DNA of 64,000 nt from Antedon mediterranea (Eukaryota; Animalia; Echinodermata): NCBI RefSeq assembly GCF_964355755.1, contig NC_092679.1, forward strand, positions 14,677,432 through 14,741,431, read 5' to 3'. Shown here piece after piece: positions 47,301-60,548 of this stretch; within the stretch, counting starts at the first letter, position 1; the number at the start of each line of letters is the position of its first letter. The notes beneath the pieces are model-generated. The model saw nothing but the letters and a program-made list of their open reading frames with translations, ran no database searches and was not told the DNA's origin. A program made the position numbers and the translations under genes.

Positions 47301-50300
47301 AAAAAGTGTGATGTGCCCAAATATGGTAGTGATATGCCCAATATGAAAAAATATTTATTTAGTATATAAAAATATCGTTTTTAAACCAACATTTTCTTGA
47401 TACAGTACAGTTTTTTTATTGTTTAAAATTTACTATACCGTAGTTAATCACAATAAGGTTGTAAGAAAATGTTTAGCATACGAGAGGCCGTTCTCGCGGT
47501 TGAATTATAAGAAACCATTCAAAACAATAGAATTGTATACCACTTTTTAATATTTATTTTGGGGTCAGCATATGTAGGAAAGAAATAATATTGAAATAGT
47601 TGTCATGTGTTGTCATGACACTATCTGACTGAAATGTTTAACATCCAATCAGTTGTAAAATCTAAATGAAACCATCAAATATCCTTTCTCGTCATTCTAG
47701 TTAAAACTGATGGCAACTGTTCATCAAACCCAGCCTACCATCCAGCTGTTACTGTCAACTTCAGAGTTTGTTGGCGCGCTTGACTTAATCTCAACAACAC
47801 AAGAGGTTCTCACGCAGGAACTTTCCGGCATACAAAGTTTCAGGTAATATTACTATAATATTATGGATGCCATGAGAAAGTGAAGACTCAATTGTTACAG
47901 TACCATTACTATTACTTTGTGTATATATTAACCCACTACTACTGCTACTACTGACTAGTTTGTGTAATTTATTGCAATGTCTGTGGTATGTCAAAAAATA
48001 TTGTGTACAATTAAAAGTTTCATTAATCTAAATGCCAACTTTATGTCAATGGCTACCAGATGTCTATGTAGATGATTACTAGTACCAGTACCACTAGACA
48101 GTTAACTAAAGGCCAACTTAGACACTGCGAAACCCTATACTATGCCTGACGCTATTTCAAGACAACTTGAAGAGCCATTCCAGGCTAGATTTTCGATTAT
48201 GCAGCTTTTTTGATGGTCCATCACCATGGATGGACACTTTGTGAGCTGTGATTATGTTGAATTGACTCAGTAATCTCTACTTTCAACTTTTCAGTTAAAT
48301 ATGATAAATATAGAATTTAAAATTACATAAAACTGTCTATCCGATTTGATTGTATTGAAAGAAGGTACAGGAAACAGACATGTGCAGTTGTATAGTTCGA
48401 GGGCATGCCGGTATATAATAATAAATATTTTTTTTCTATACTGCTATTAATTTATAAATAATAAACTCCTTTTCTTTAGGCATCTTGGCTCACAGCTTAT
48501 CGAGTTGGAAAAACTGATTGATAAAATGATGCATGAAGAGTTTGTTCGTTTTGCAAGTTCAGATTTAAACAGGCCGATCGACGACGACACAGGGCCAGAC
48601 GAGGTGTGTTTCATTTATTACTAAAAGACGTCTATTTATTTTCTACTGTTGTATAGATTGGTGGTTAAAGGGTTTCTTAAAATCACATGGTCATATTTTG
48701 AATTTATTCGACCAATTTACAATACAATATAGAATCTATGGTTTTTCTTATGACAATTTATATAAAATGGACGGTTTCCAAAATATAGGGATTCTATGTG
48801 GGACAAGTTACGTGGTTTTCCGCTTACTTTTACCGCTTGTCTGTGAAAGTTGGCTTTTTATTTAGGAAGGGATTGTATGATTGTCATACTATACTACTAC
48901 TTTGCAACAGAGTTATAATGCTAGGCCACCCTAAAACTTACTTTTGAGTTTTCTCAATGTACTGAGCATTCAGTACAATTAAGTCTGAATAAGGCTAGCA
49001 ACCTATCTGACCTACAGTATATGCACAATAGTAATATATGCAGAGATTTTTTCTTTAAATAAACAAAAAAGTAACTTTAATTTTCATCTATTTACAGGAA
49101 AAGCTGTCCAGTATAATTCTCGGACTTCTTCGGCAACATAAATTTAGCTTTTTGGAAGACTACAAAAATGAAAGTACAACGTCTATAAAAACAATGGTTA
49201 AACAAGTAAGATTTGAGAAATTACTGTTTTTAGTTCTTAGAACATAACCATGTTAATAATTTCAACATTCATTGACTGATGTTATAGTTAATGTTAATGT
49301 TAATATATTTCTTTACAGTAGTTCATTCCACAAACAATTTCATCATCTATAGACTTTACACTTTTCAATTACATGCTTTTCTGCTATGTCGGTGCTGCCA
49401 ACTACAGGGCTATTTCATCTGTCTATGACGACATGCGCACTGGGGGTAACGCCCTACTCATCTCGAAAGATGTACTAGGTTTGTGTACACTCATGGAAGT
49501 ATGGTTTGTAGTCTGGATCCAAGACAACTTGTTCTACCACTAGAAAAATGGAGAGAATGAGTCTCGAATCCTTGCCATAAGGCTGTGGATTACGATTCCA
49601 CTGTCTTAACCACTCGGCCATTCATTTTGTCTTCTAGACGGTGGTTGCTGCTGTCTCTGAAGCTGACAGTATCGATGTAGAGGGCAATTTGGGCAGGTAA
49701 GTTATTACAGGCATTTTGAAGATTGCATAATGATCTAGCTTCATGACATTTCGTTTGAAAAGATATTTCCGACCAATAAACAGTTAAGAAATGGAACCCT
49801 CATAGAATGTTAACACGTTTTTCCCGAATAATTTCCACGGAAACTATGTGTAAAGCTCTCTCTACACACACAAAATGTGATGTGCCCATATATGGACATG
49901 ATGATGTCATATCACTAACATATTTGGACACACTTTTTTTGTCAAACTAGTTTGATAGTGTAGATAGAGCTTGAAAGTAGATGTTTTTTGGAAGGTACTG
50001 TACATTACCTTCACTACTGTTCTATTTTAGTAGGTATATATTTAATTGTTTTAATTACATGACTGTAATGGTATAAATCTTTCTTTTAGTCTAGCAGACC
50101 AGATGAGGTTGTTGAACTTTACCGAATGGCTTCAGATGTTCAAGATAGTTTTCATTAATTTAGCAAAGCTTCTTCATCGTGTTAAGGTAAGAAATCTTAT
50201 TTTTACTATATATCACATTTTTCTATAAAGCTCTGTCTACACTATCAAACTTTATTTGACAAAATAGTGTGATGCAGGCCCGTATGCAGCATTTATAATG

Positions 50301-53300
50301 GGGGGGTGCGAGCGAAGCGAGCAACAATGACTGGGGGCCAGGGGGCCGCCAAGGGCCCCCGGTCAGGGTCCAGGGGCCGAAGGCCCTGGGAAAATTTGCG
50401 TTATTTGACGTTCTAAAGACTGATGTAAGACTCTCTGTTGTGGCTTGGGCTAGTTGAACGATGGACACCAGAACTTAACGCTTTCATGATGAGGCCAACT
50501 CAGCAGGGGTGGCGCCAGGATCTTCCCGACGCGGGGGCTACATTCCCCGACGAGGGGGCTATGCGAGCATCACTAGGCTGAGGGCCAGGGGCCGCCAAGG
50601 ACCCCCGGTGGGGTCCAGGGGGGCGAAGCCCCCGGAAGCAACGCGTACTAGCGTCATTTGAGGTTTTTTTTAATCAGATTTAGGGTAGCCATTTTTTCCA
50701 TTTTTTATAATGCATAAATAAAATACTGCGTGCAAAAAAACGATGCGCGATGACGGTTTCAATCCATATTTTTCAAGTTAAAAAATAAAAGTTCAAAGAA
50801 AATTTTGAAAAATAGAGTTGGAGGTCCTGGAAATTGGACTTATTTATACTTCAAAACATGAAAAAAAATATATAAGTCCCTATCATGGGTTGTGACTGAG
50901 CTAAGAAATGTTTGAAAAATAGAGATGTTAGGTCCCGGAAAATGTACTTCTTGTTCTTCGAAATATGACCAGCTTTATTGTTGGGGCTGAGCTAAGAAAA
51001 TGTTTAAAACTAGAGCTGCAGGTCTTCAAAAAATTGCATTTTATACTTTGGAAACATCAGGCCTAGAGGCTTAAAAAACGCAAGCGTAGACCTTTTTCAG
51101 TCGGGGAAAAAAGTTTATTCCTCCCAGGTGTATGCATGCGTACCATCTGGACTTCCGAGTGGTGAGAAATTCATGACATACAGGATATTGAAAATGTAAT
51201 AACTATAGCTATAATGTTGGCTAAGCGAAAATGGCATGTTTTTTTGTTTAGTAATGGATGAAAAATTTATTTTAGGTGCCCCACGGTACAGAAGGTTACT
51301 TGTAAATTAAAAAATTGGTGAACAAACGAACAATTAACATAATTCGTTTTTGCTGTAGTGTAGCGTACGTCGACGCAGTACACGACGTAACCGTCGGTAA
51401 ACTTCGCCTGGAAAATAACACATTACACATTTTGGTCCCTGGATGAAACTTGATATCACGCGTCTCGACCCAACGTTGAACGATTCGTACAAAGGGATAC
51501 CGCCAGACAAGTGCGTACCTAGCTATTGTTTAGTAGTAAGTTAGATCGCTGGCAATAATGAATGCATATAAAGTGCATAATATCACTCTGACGTACTCTC
51601 ACGGTCAATGAAACGTCGCGGTTTTCTAGGCGCTGAAGCTAGCTACGAAGTGAACGCGAACGCTTTTTACTGTATATTATATTCCCCGACAAAAAGTACA
51701 CGTGTTCCCTGACGTTAAGTTGTCTGTATTTCTCCAGCAAACACTTTACCGCGTACCGCGTACATGAAGCGCTAAGCTATTGCTTGTCGTCACATGATCG
51801 ACTGCGCATGTTTTACATCGAGTTTGTAGTCAGTTCAGATTCCGTAATTTAATTACCGGTATTTTTTCATTTTATATTAGCATATTTTTGTTTGTATACC
51901 ATTGATAATGTAAATTTTGTATATATATAATGATATTGTCTTTAGTTAAACAAGACAAGAAAAAATACCAACCGAGGAAATAGTGGACCTTTTGGGACTT
52001 GGGGGGGTGCGTCTGCACCCAACGCACCCCCCCTGGATACGGGCCTGTGATGTGCCCATATATGGAAATGATGTCATAGCACTACCATATTTGTGCAAAT
52101 CATTTCTATATTTGGGCACATCACAATTTGTTTGTCAAAATAGTTTGATAGTGTAGACAGAGCTTTAACTGTAAGTAAATATGCTCTGCATTGACTAGAT
52201 GTACGTTAATTTTCAAGTCTAAAAACTGAATACTTATATCCTGTGGAATTAGTACTTCCTTTTCCAATAGTACATTGTCAATCTATTTTAACTGCTGAAA
52301 GAATAAATGAAAACATACCTCAAAATAACATTGACTTTTGCCTTTCTTTTCTCTCTTTTCAAGTGAACCATTTTAAATGTTCCCTGACAAAGTCTTTATT
52401 AATGGCTCAAGACACAACCTGCCTGATATTACAGACATTCTGGCTACATCTGTTTTGCTCTCTTCAAGTGCTATTCTTTTAATAGTCCCTTGATAAACCT
52501 AATGTTTTATTTCTTCTCAGATGACCTGGATAATAATGTATAGACTGATTGACTTTGCTGTAGGAAAGAGCACATCATCTGCAGGTGACCTGGTGGAAGA
52601 AGAATCCGAAAACAATGCAGAAAGCTCACAAAGTGATGCACAGTCGGATCCTCAGAAAGATATAGCGTAAATATCGTATTTATTACCGTATTTACCATAG
52701 GTTGCGAAACGGCGATCTAGAGTCTACTGAAGTGATAGTAGACCTAACCAGCCAAGCTCATGACAATGTTTACCCTTTTGTAGGAAAAAAGGCTTCCTAT
52801 TTATATAAAACTCCAGTAGCCGTATTCACCAATCACATTTAAATGAGATATTTCTCTTAAATATTAAGTATTTCACTTAATTCAATAGATATTTAAGTAT
52901 TTCCTGTAAATTGTATTCATTTTTATAGGAGATATTTTTAATTTTAAGGGTAAGTGTGAATGGTGAATACGGCCAGTAATTAAGCCCCTAAATCTATTTG
53001 TAACATATCATAACTCTATTAAATACTTGTATAAAATGTTATTATTTTGACTTTATAGACCTGATGCAGATATCTTGATTGCACCTGTAGAACATCAGCG
53101 ACTGAGTTCTGGTTTGAAAGAGATGCTGGTGATGTTATGCAACTATGCTCACGACCGAAGTCTTAAGCTTCTTATTGCAAGGGGAAAGGTATTGTAGTTA
53201 TTGATAACATTATGAAAAATAAACGAAAAATAAAAAGTAGAGAAGAACCAAATTTCCATACTATGACATAATTGTACTGAATGTTTACATATTATAATTG

Positions 53301-56300
53301 TTAATGATAATAATAATTCAACATTTATTAATTTTATCATTATATTCTTTATGTACGCTGAAGTAACAACTAGTAAATTGTCTGTAGTTAAATATTACCC
53401 AGGGCTTACAATAAACTACTTCCAACTCGTCTGTTCCTATAGTTATAGTTGTAAAAGATATTGTTTTAGTTAAAATAGTGATAATCCTGTGGATGTCACA
53501 AAATAGTGATCAATTCTGTGGTTGTCTCAAAGTAATATGTGGTGGTTTTTCACAAAATGAGAACTACTATTTGTAAGCCAGCTAAAACTATGTCACTACT
53601 GTCTGTGTGATGTGTAATTGAATCAATTATGATTGCTATTTAAACAGCTGCTGCATTTATGTTACTTTATCTTGCTATCTTCATTCATTGAAACCTATTT
53701 GTAAATGACCTATCTAATAGTACACGGTAGTTAATCAAAATTATATTTTGTCTAGTTATTGTCCATATCATTATTATGATTTTCAGCAGTGTGTTTAAAG
53801 TGAAGATACTAAAACCTAATGTTGACATTTAGATTGAAAAGTGGATCACTAGTATCATCGCAGCACACCAACGCCCACCCCAACCCCCCTCCCATAACAC
53901 ACACACTCCCCTACCCTCCCCTGTCCCCATTTCTATCTATTTTATTACTAATTTGATTTAATTATTATTTAAACATGCTACTCTCCCAACAACTTTAGCC
54001 AATCAAAATATTATATTTAAAAAAAAGCATTATATTAAATTTTGTTTTCTTTTTTAGGATGGTTTTCTAGAGAAATTAAGTTCCAGTGAATTTGTGTCTT
54101 TATCCAGATCAATAGAGTCCTTTGTGACACAGTGTGAAACCGTTTGTGGAAAACGAAGTAGCTCTTTAAGAGGAGGGCTACAAAACCAGGTAAATAACTT
54201 GCCATAAACACTCTTAAGACGGTTTTTTTTTTGTTCAGACGTGTTGGTGAATAGGAGGTGTTAATTTAATTGGGGCAAGAGAAAATTTAGACCATCCGGT
54301 GAAAATACTCAAAGAACAAATTTCGACATAATAGAAATTTAAACTCTTTTTCTTGATATGCAGATGCTCCACCATTTTGATCACTGAGACTATACTTCTC
54401 TGGCTCAAGAAAATAAAATCAAACCTTAATGTTTCATTTACACAACACTCCACCCAACTATGCACCAATCAATATGCGCTTGACATGAAAACAAACATTA
54501 AAGTTTGATTTTATTTTCCGGATCCGGACCGGAGCCGATGTAAAAGATGTTTTACTCTTATCACTTGTGTACAGTATGGAGAGTGTAAGAGCAATCTAAA
54601 GTTGTCATTCCAATTAAATAAATAAATTCTACATCTGACATAAAATAATCCTTTTCTATTACAAGGTTTGCCAGATATATATGTTTCCATTACATTTCCT
54701 TGTATTTATTTTTAACCCAGGCAAACAAGTTTGTAAATAGATTTCATGAAGAAAGAAAAACCAAAATGAGGTTAGTATATAGACAGGTGTCCAATTGCTT
54801 TTTTGTTTGGTTTTTTTTTTGAGGAGAAAATTTCCTCTTGTTAACATTTTAAATAATTTGACTTTTAATTGTTTATAGTTTACTATTGGATAATGAGAGA
54901 TGGAAACAGGCAGAGGTTCCAGCTAGTTTCCAAGATTTACTTAGTGCAATGGCTAAAGGTAATAAACACGTATTTAATACATCAGAAGTACCTTTGAGGG
55001 TTGTGTACCAATACAGTATTAATTCTCCATGGGGTATATGACTCTCAAATTGGGTATTACTTTCAATGTTGCAACATATATATACATATAACCAATTACA
55101 ATTTTCCCTACCCATCCATAATCCACATAATGTGTTAGTTGTGTAAAGAGTCTTATACCTTTAAGCAAAGAACTTATAACACAAGAATCTCCTGTTCTTC
55201 AATTTGCATTCAAAACACAGTATCGGAAGTACATGGTTAAAAGGTCAAACTGGGCAACGCCATTTCACAGCATGGAGCAGCGCCCCCTCCAAACTAGGAA
55301 GTCAATTACTCTACCCCCCTAGAGTATTAGCAGATCCCCTCTATGATTTTGACTTTCTAATTTGATGCGGGCGCCCTACTCCTCAGTCAATTACTCTATT
55401 CCCCCTAGAGTATTAGCAGATCCCCTCTATAATTTTTACTTTCTAATTTGATGCGGGCGCCCTACTCCATGGCTCACAATGGCGCCACCCATTAGCTCTA
55501 TTCTATCCCACAATGCCTTTTGAAATTGTTACGCGCTTCGGACGAACAGGCGATTCTTGTGTTATAAGTTCTTTGCTTTAAGGATCATGTCAAAATTATT
55601 CTACTGTTACTGCAGTAACTACCTTTTGTAATACTGCAATAATATATGATTTGAGGTATATGAGATTTTCACTTCAATAAATAATGTGTATGATTACCTA
55701 AATAAAACTTGATAAATAATTGTATAAATGGGTTACAGAGTAAACCAAATGTAGTTACTGCAGTAAATGCAGTAGAATGATTTTGACATGGTCTTTTACT
55801 TTTATGTTAAACCACTAGTACAGCAAGCAAGTGGCGAAAACTGAAATGATGATTACAAAAATTGTGTATTGTAAAATGTGTACCTGATTCTATTCAATAG
55901 CAATATATTGGTATTTCAGTTTGCATATTAAAACAGATGTTTTTGAAGACTGAAGAACAGCCAATGATATTGATTTGTCTGTATTTAATCAGTGTTCAAT
56001 TAACTACATATGCTTAATAGTGCATTTAAATTAATTGTATATAACCTGTGTATAAGTATGACCTATGTTGTAAGAACCTATTTTTTTTACAGGTGAAATA
56101 TCACTTGCCTTATTAGCAAGAATGGACCAAGGTATGTTGTAGAAATATACCTTAATTATATGTCCTCCAATTAAAGACCCATATTGATTTAGCAATGCAA
56201 ACAATATATTACATGTCAAAATTGTCATGGGGCAAAAAAAAGTGGTTGGAATTTAGATAAACGCACTTTGCTTGTTTGATGTGACAAATTTGATGATAAA

Positions 56301-59300
56301 TTGCACTTTATAATATATATAGTTTCAATAGCCAATATAAAATGTTTAAAATGTAAATATTTCTATTTCTTTGCTATATATATCAGTTTAAATATAATTC
56401 TTTTTTTTTGTTCAGGTAATGAAGAATGTAAAGCAGCTGAATATGTGGAAATAGACGGAAATAAATATGCTGTAGTAGGGTAGGTGTCCTGGAAAAAAGT
56501 GCTACCTATACCCGTATTTAGAATCCTGGGTAAGCCCATAGCCAGCGGAGTTTGTAGGGTTCGTAAAAACCCCCTCACTTTTAAATAAGCCTAACATATG
56601 AACATTTTTTTTCCTATACTACCTAGCATACAGATTACTTTCATCTACTAGACTAGGCCTACATTTGTTTTTCTTCAGTTGCTTGTACTTCCCATTTGTG
56701 AGGGAAAAAGGAACTTACTTGCAAAAATGTTTACAATTTTTGTTTAATTTCTGGTGTCCATATTTCGCAATATCAGGGATGCCTGCTGGCCTTAAAAATG
56801 AATGCATAGTGGCAAAACCTACACAACCCTAAAATAATTTTTATGTATTTCATATTCCACTAAAACTGAATATATGCATGCGTTGTACTTTAGCATCACT
56901 TGAAATGTCCAGTACTGTAGAACAGAAAGGTATCACATGGTATTACATTTTTACTCTATTTAAGAATATATTTCAGTTTTGTGTAAAACTAAATACAACA
57001 CAATTCATAACAGCTCACGTTATTTTACTTTATAGAACGGTGCTAATGTTACTAAAGATGGTTGCTGAATATTGCCAGTGTGTTGAGGATATTCCGTCAG
57101 TAACGCTTGATATATTAACAAGACTAATTGAAATATTACAGGTAATGGTTAGGCACCATGTCAAAATTATTCAATCAATCAATTCATATTTATAATGCGC
57201 CAAATTCTTTCCAAGATAAGTTCTAAAGCGCAACGCCAGAACCGCTAGCACTCGTAAATTTGTTGGAATAAATATGATTTCAGATGCCTTTTAAACAAGT
57301 CTGTAGATTTTGATTTCCTGATAATAATTATTCTATTGCATTTACTGCAGTAAGTACATTTTGTGCCCTAATAATTTTAATAATGTAAAAAAAAAAATCT
57401 GATCATAATATTATTTATTTTTGTATGTGAACTTTTATTTAACTTGCCCTATTGTTGTGTTATGCTTTGTTGTCCTTTTCAAGTTGTATAATGTTTTTTA
57501 TATATTTGATAAAAAGCGTTTTCCAGCCTTTTGGTAATTCTGTTTGTATGTTTTTATATACCAAAATAAATAAATGCTTTTTCTGGGTAATCAACTATAC
57601 TGTTTATTGCACTGGCTGACTCATATAAAGTTCAACATTTAAACAAACTCAAATCGTATGTCATTGCTGTAAATAAAATTCTAGTTACTGCAGTAACTGC
57701 AGTATAATAATTTTGACATGATTACTTACTACTTTGGAAGTACATAATTGAAGAAAGTTATTATAAAAATAGAAACAATTTTAATAATCCTTAAAATTTT
57801 GTCAATATAATACAATTAATTTAATATCCTATTATTAAATGTGTACTAATTTTGTAATTTTTTCTCAACATTTTGTTTTTTTTTCTCAACAGAATTTTAA
57901 CTCTCGTTCTTGTCAGCTTGTTTTGGGAGCAGGAGCCTTACAATTAGTAGGACTTAAAACAATAACTACCAAAAATTTAGGTAAAGTTCATTTTTAAAAT
58001 TTATTTATTACTTATTAACTACATACTACTTGCATAAATGCCTCCTAAATTAAATAAAAAACACAATTAGTATCAAGTGGTAGAATACAGTAAAAAATGT
58101 ATTAAAATGGATGATTGGAAGCTATGACTTTTACTACAAATAGAAATGTGCTATATATATATATAGAGAGGGAAAATTTACTTATACAGTACTTAAATTT
58201 TAGAAAACTAAAATGAAATCTTCATTATGTTCTAGGCTTAGCCTCTAGATGTCTTCAATTAATCAGTTTTTACATTCCAATTGTGAAGCAATTCTTTGCT
58301 GAGCGCCTGCTACCTCGCCAGATGACGGTGCTTCGTTCTTTTGACAAAATTCTCAAGGTTGGTAAAGTAAAACGTAAATAAAATGACTAGCAATTGTATC
58401 ACTACCATCAAACTGCTCGCAATTTGCTTTTTTTAATTAAGCTGATTTTCTGTTAAAGACAAATGATTATGGTGCTGTGCTTAAAAACTACTACTATACA
58501 GTGGAGCGCTATTGAAAATTCATTCATGCATGCGATCAACTAAAAAATTACAATTACTGTACGTACAACGGATCAATCATACTAAACCTTATTAAAAGCT
58601 AATGATTATAGCTTTATTTATTCTTTATAATGAGGAGCCTGTGAGTAGTAGACTACTGTTCTCCCACAGTTTATCTTCACTTCATAATCTAAACATAAAA
58701 TACTATACACATTCTGTAGCGGTTGTTTATTTTTTCATTCAATTTAGGACTATAATGATCATGTACAGGAAATCTCCAATAAACTAATTGCAATTATGGA
58801 TGATACATTTAATCATTGTCTTTCAAAGGTAAGTGGCCTTTTGTCTTGGGAATATGTATTATTATTATTTTTAAACTAAAATGTATGTAGTTTTTGCTTT
58901 ATGAAGAATAAATATTTCCCTTAAGTAACAACCACACTTAAGTGATATTTCCCAACATACTAAGTATTTCACTTAAGTCAATAAATATATATATATATAT
59001 AAAGATTAAGTGGTTTTCACTGAGATATGAAAGAAGAATTTTAAGGGTGTTCTTTTTGGCCTAAGTATGTATGGTTGGTGGTGGTTGGTTGGTGGTATGT
59101 ATTATTAGCTTATCTATGTTCTTGTCTGTGTTTCAGTGGGAAGTCAAAGCACCTGTTCCGTCACTTACTTTTCGTGAAATCTGTAAGAGAATTCGCAAGA
59201 TACATGAAGCCGTAGTCGATATTCTACCACCAGAACAAATTAAAGATTTGTTTATACAAATGAACAATTCATTTAAAACACACCTTAATAAGCAGCTAAT

Positions 59301-59549
59301 TATTTTGAATGTAACCAACGATGGTGGGCCTAAACATGGGTAAGTAATTCAGAAGTTTTCCAAATATATTGCCGATTCTTGTTACATTATGTAATACATT
59401 TGTTTTACATATTTGCCATTTTTAAATAATTTTAAAATTTTCTTTCCAGCCTAGTGACCTCTGAGCTAGTATTCTATACCGAGTGTGTGCAATTGACCAG
59501 TGGCCTTGATAAACTTGACAATATGAATGATATATGGGTCAGAAGGTAA
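41395..59549 (+). CDS. VPS54: Vacuolar protein sorting-associated protein 54 (GARP complex subunit), 25 coding exons, about 978 aa
   Basis: Exons: 41395-41722, 42923-43200, 43769-43832, 44499-44533, 44874-44990, 46484-46626, 47148-47247, 47701-47843, 48480-48603, 49098-49205, 49638-49696, 50090-50186, 52521-52666, 53059-53188, 54058-54189, 54721-54770, 54879-54958, 56093-56131, 56416-56479, 57036-57141, 57893-57980, 58236-58357, 58748-58828, 59137-59339, 59450-59549. Total is 2937 nt in one open frame. Motifs: NLPAVLNDPR..DFFTKTWG, SSKLLQEKLSHYLD, VHQTQPTIQLLLSTSEFVGALDLI, LLLDNERWKQAEVP, FNSRSCQLVLGAGALQLVGLKTITTKNL, WEVKAPVPS, NDGGPKHGLVTSEL. Confidence 0.96.
42652..42865. mobile_element. 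MITE family GGGACCATG..ATTATTCTACTGCA
   Basis: Imperfect TIR gggaccatggcaacattattctac / gtagaataatgctgccgtgatccc. Related copies at about 55582-55794 and 57320-57722. Confidence 0.65.
44125..44370 (-). mobile_element. SINE family 1, diverged subfamily with a different 3' tail
   Basis: Shares tgtactaggttctttaaagtgc..agactcgttctacca..accatggag with family 1. The tail (cattccacaaacaat) is shared with 49295-49623. Confidence 0.7.
45408..46426. repeat. 68-bp minisatellite, 15 near-identical units, derived from the SINE family 2 head
   Basis: Unit cagcctgcaccttgggattggaaggcaagcaggttaaccaccaatacctctccctacttcaaccaata starts at 45475, 45543, 45611 ... 46359. It is continuous with the antisense SINE at 45350-45460. 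Confidence 0.95.
46678..46952. mobile_element. Foldback/MITE-like long imperfect inverted repeat
   Basis: ttaaatattgttgaaatatataaata..gtgttatggggg..tctggccactt pairs with aagtggtcaga..cccctcataacac..tatttatatatttcaacaatatttaa. Confidence 0.7.
49295..49623 (-). mobile_element. SINE family 1, diverged subfamily abutting the VPS54 exon 11 acceptor
   Basis: The head (ctgtcttaaccactcggcca, reverse complement of TGGCCGAGTGGTTAAGACAG) ends about 15 nt before the AG at 49636-49637. Confidence 0.75.
50275..52047. mobile_element. 1.77-kb non-autonomous hAT-like element with 5-bp TSD, nested inside a Harbinger-type MITE
   Basis: TIR CAGGCCCGTATGCAG / CTGGATACGGGCCTG with TGATG duplicated at 50270-50274 and 52048-52052. 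Removing it restores the MITE consensus gtgtgatgtgccca. Confidence 0.9.
52819..52973. mobile_element. Small MITE
   Basis: GCCGTATTCACCA.. / ..TGGTGAATACGGC, flanked by cagta on both sides. The internal taagtatttc repeats are also seen at about 58910-59047. Confidence 0.55.
55166..55575. mobile_element. P-element-like non-autonomous transposon with 7-bp TSD
   Basis: 32-bp TIR CAAAGAACTTATAACACAAGAATC(T/G)CCTGTTC. CTTTAAG at 55159-55165 and 55576-55582. Internal direct duplication of about 85 bp. Confidence 0.8.
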
Positions 59550-59984
59550 CAGTAACCTATCAACTTGAGAGAGTGCCCTCTTTTGCTTATTTTGCATTAC
59601 ACTTTCGTATGTTATGAATCTTCATGATATTGCTAATGTACTGTGTATAAGGCAGCCTATGTCCATTTTTTCCCTATGTAATACTTGTCGATAGAGGGCT
59701 GAACAATTAAGTTCTTATGCCATTTAGTGCCTCGGTAAATTGTTTTGTCAAAAAGGTTTATTGACAACAATTACTAAACAAATGAAATTTAATCTATTCA
59801 AGATAGGTCACTAAAAACAATATTTTTAGTGTGTGAAGTCTACCAAAAGATTTTAAATGTACGTTCTCTAGATTTATGTCCAGTGTGCTAGCTGAGACTG
59901 CAATGCAACCAAAAAAAAAAGATGTTACACACTTGGAGTTTTTTTTGGGTGGGTGGGCTGGGTTTTGCAAAACAAAGAAAAGCT

Positions 59985-60548
59985 CTATAAGTGTATATTC
60001 ATTCTTTATAAGAGTGTATTCACTCTTTATAGGAGTGTATTCACTCTTTATAGGAGTGTATTCACTCTTTATAGGAGTGTATTCACTCTATATAAGAGTG
60101 TATTCACTCTATATAAGAGTGTATTCACTCTATATAAGAGTGTATTCACTCTATATAAGAGTGTATTCACTCTATATAAGAGTGTATTCACTCCAAGTAA
60201 GAGTGTATTCACTCTTTATAATAGTGTATTCACTCTATATAAGAGTGTATTCACTCTTTATAGGAGTGTATTCACTCTTTATAGAGTGTATTCACTCTAT
60301 ATAAGAGTGTATTCACTATAATAAGAGTGTATTCACTCTATATAAAAGTGTATTCACGCCAAGTAAGAGTGTATTCACTCTTTATAATAGTGTATTCACT
60401 CTATATAAGAGTGTATTCACTCTCTATAAGAGTGTATTCACTCCATGTATTAGTGAATTCACTTTACATAAGAGCATATTCACTCCATATATGAGTGTAT
60501 TCAATATAAGAATGTATTTACTCGATAATAAGAGTGAATTCACTCTAT
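59985..60548. repeat. 21-bp palindromic minisatellite downstream of the VPS54 stop codon (probable 3' UTR)
   Basis: Unit gagtgtattcactct(a/t)tata(a/g), about 26 copies, degenerating at the ends. Confidence 0.95.

Noticed and set aside
52667-52790. 34-nt mini-intron followed by an extra VPS54 exon (LRNGDLESTEV..)
   Set aside because: No good donor exists in the required phase, and exon 13 splices in frame directly to 53059. It cannot be excluded as a minor isoform without RNA data.
59876-60321. ORFs with repeated IRVYSLY / SVFTLYK peptides
   Set aside because: They are translations of the 21-bp minisatellite, open only because the unit is a multiple of 3.
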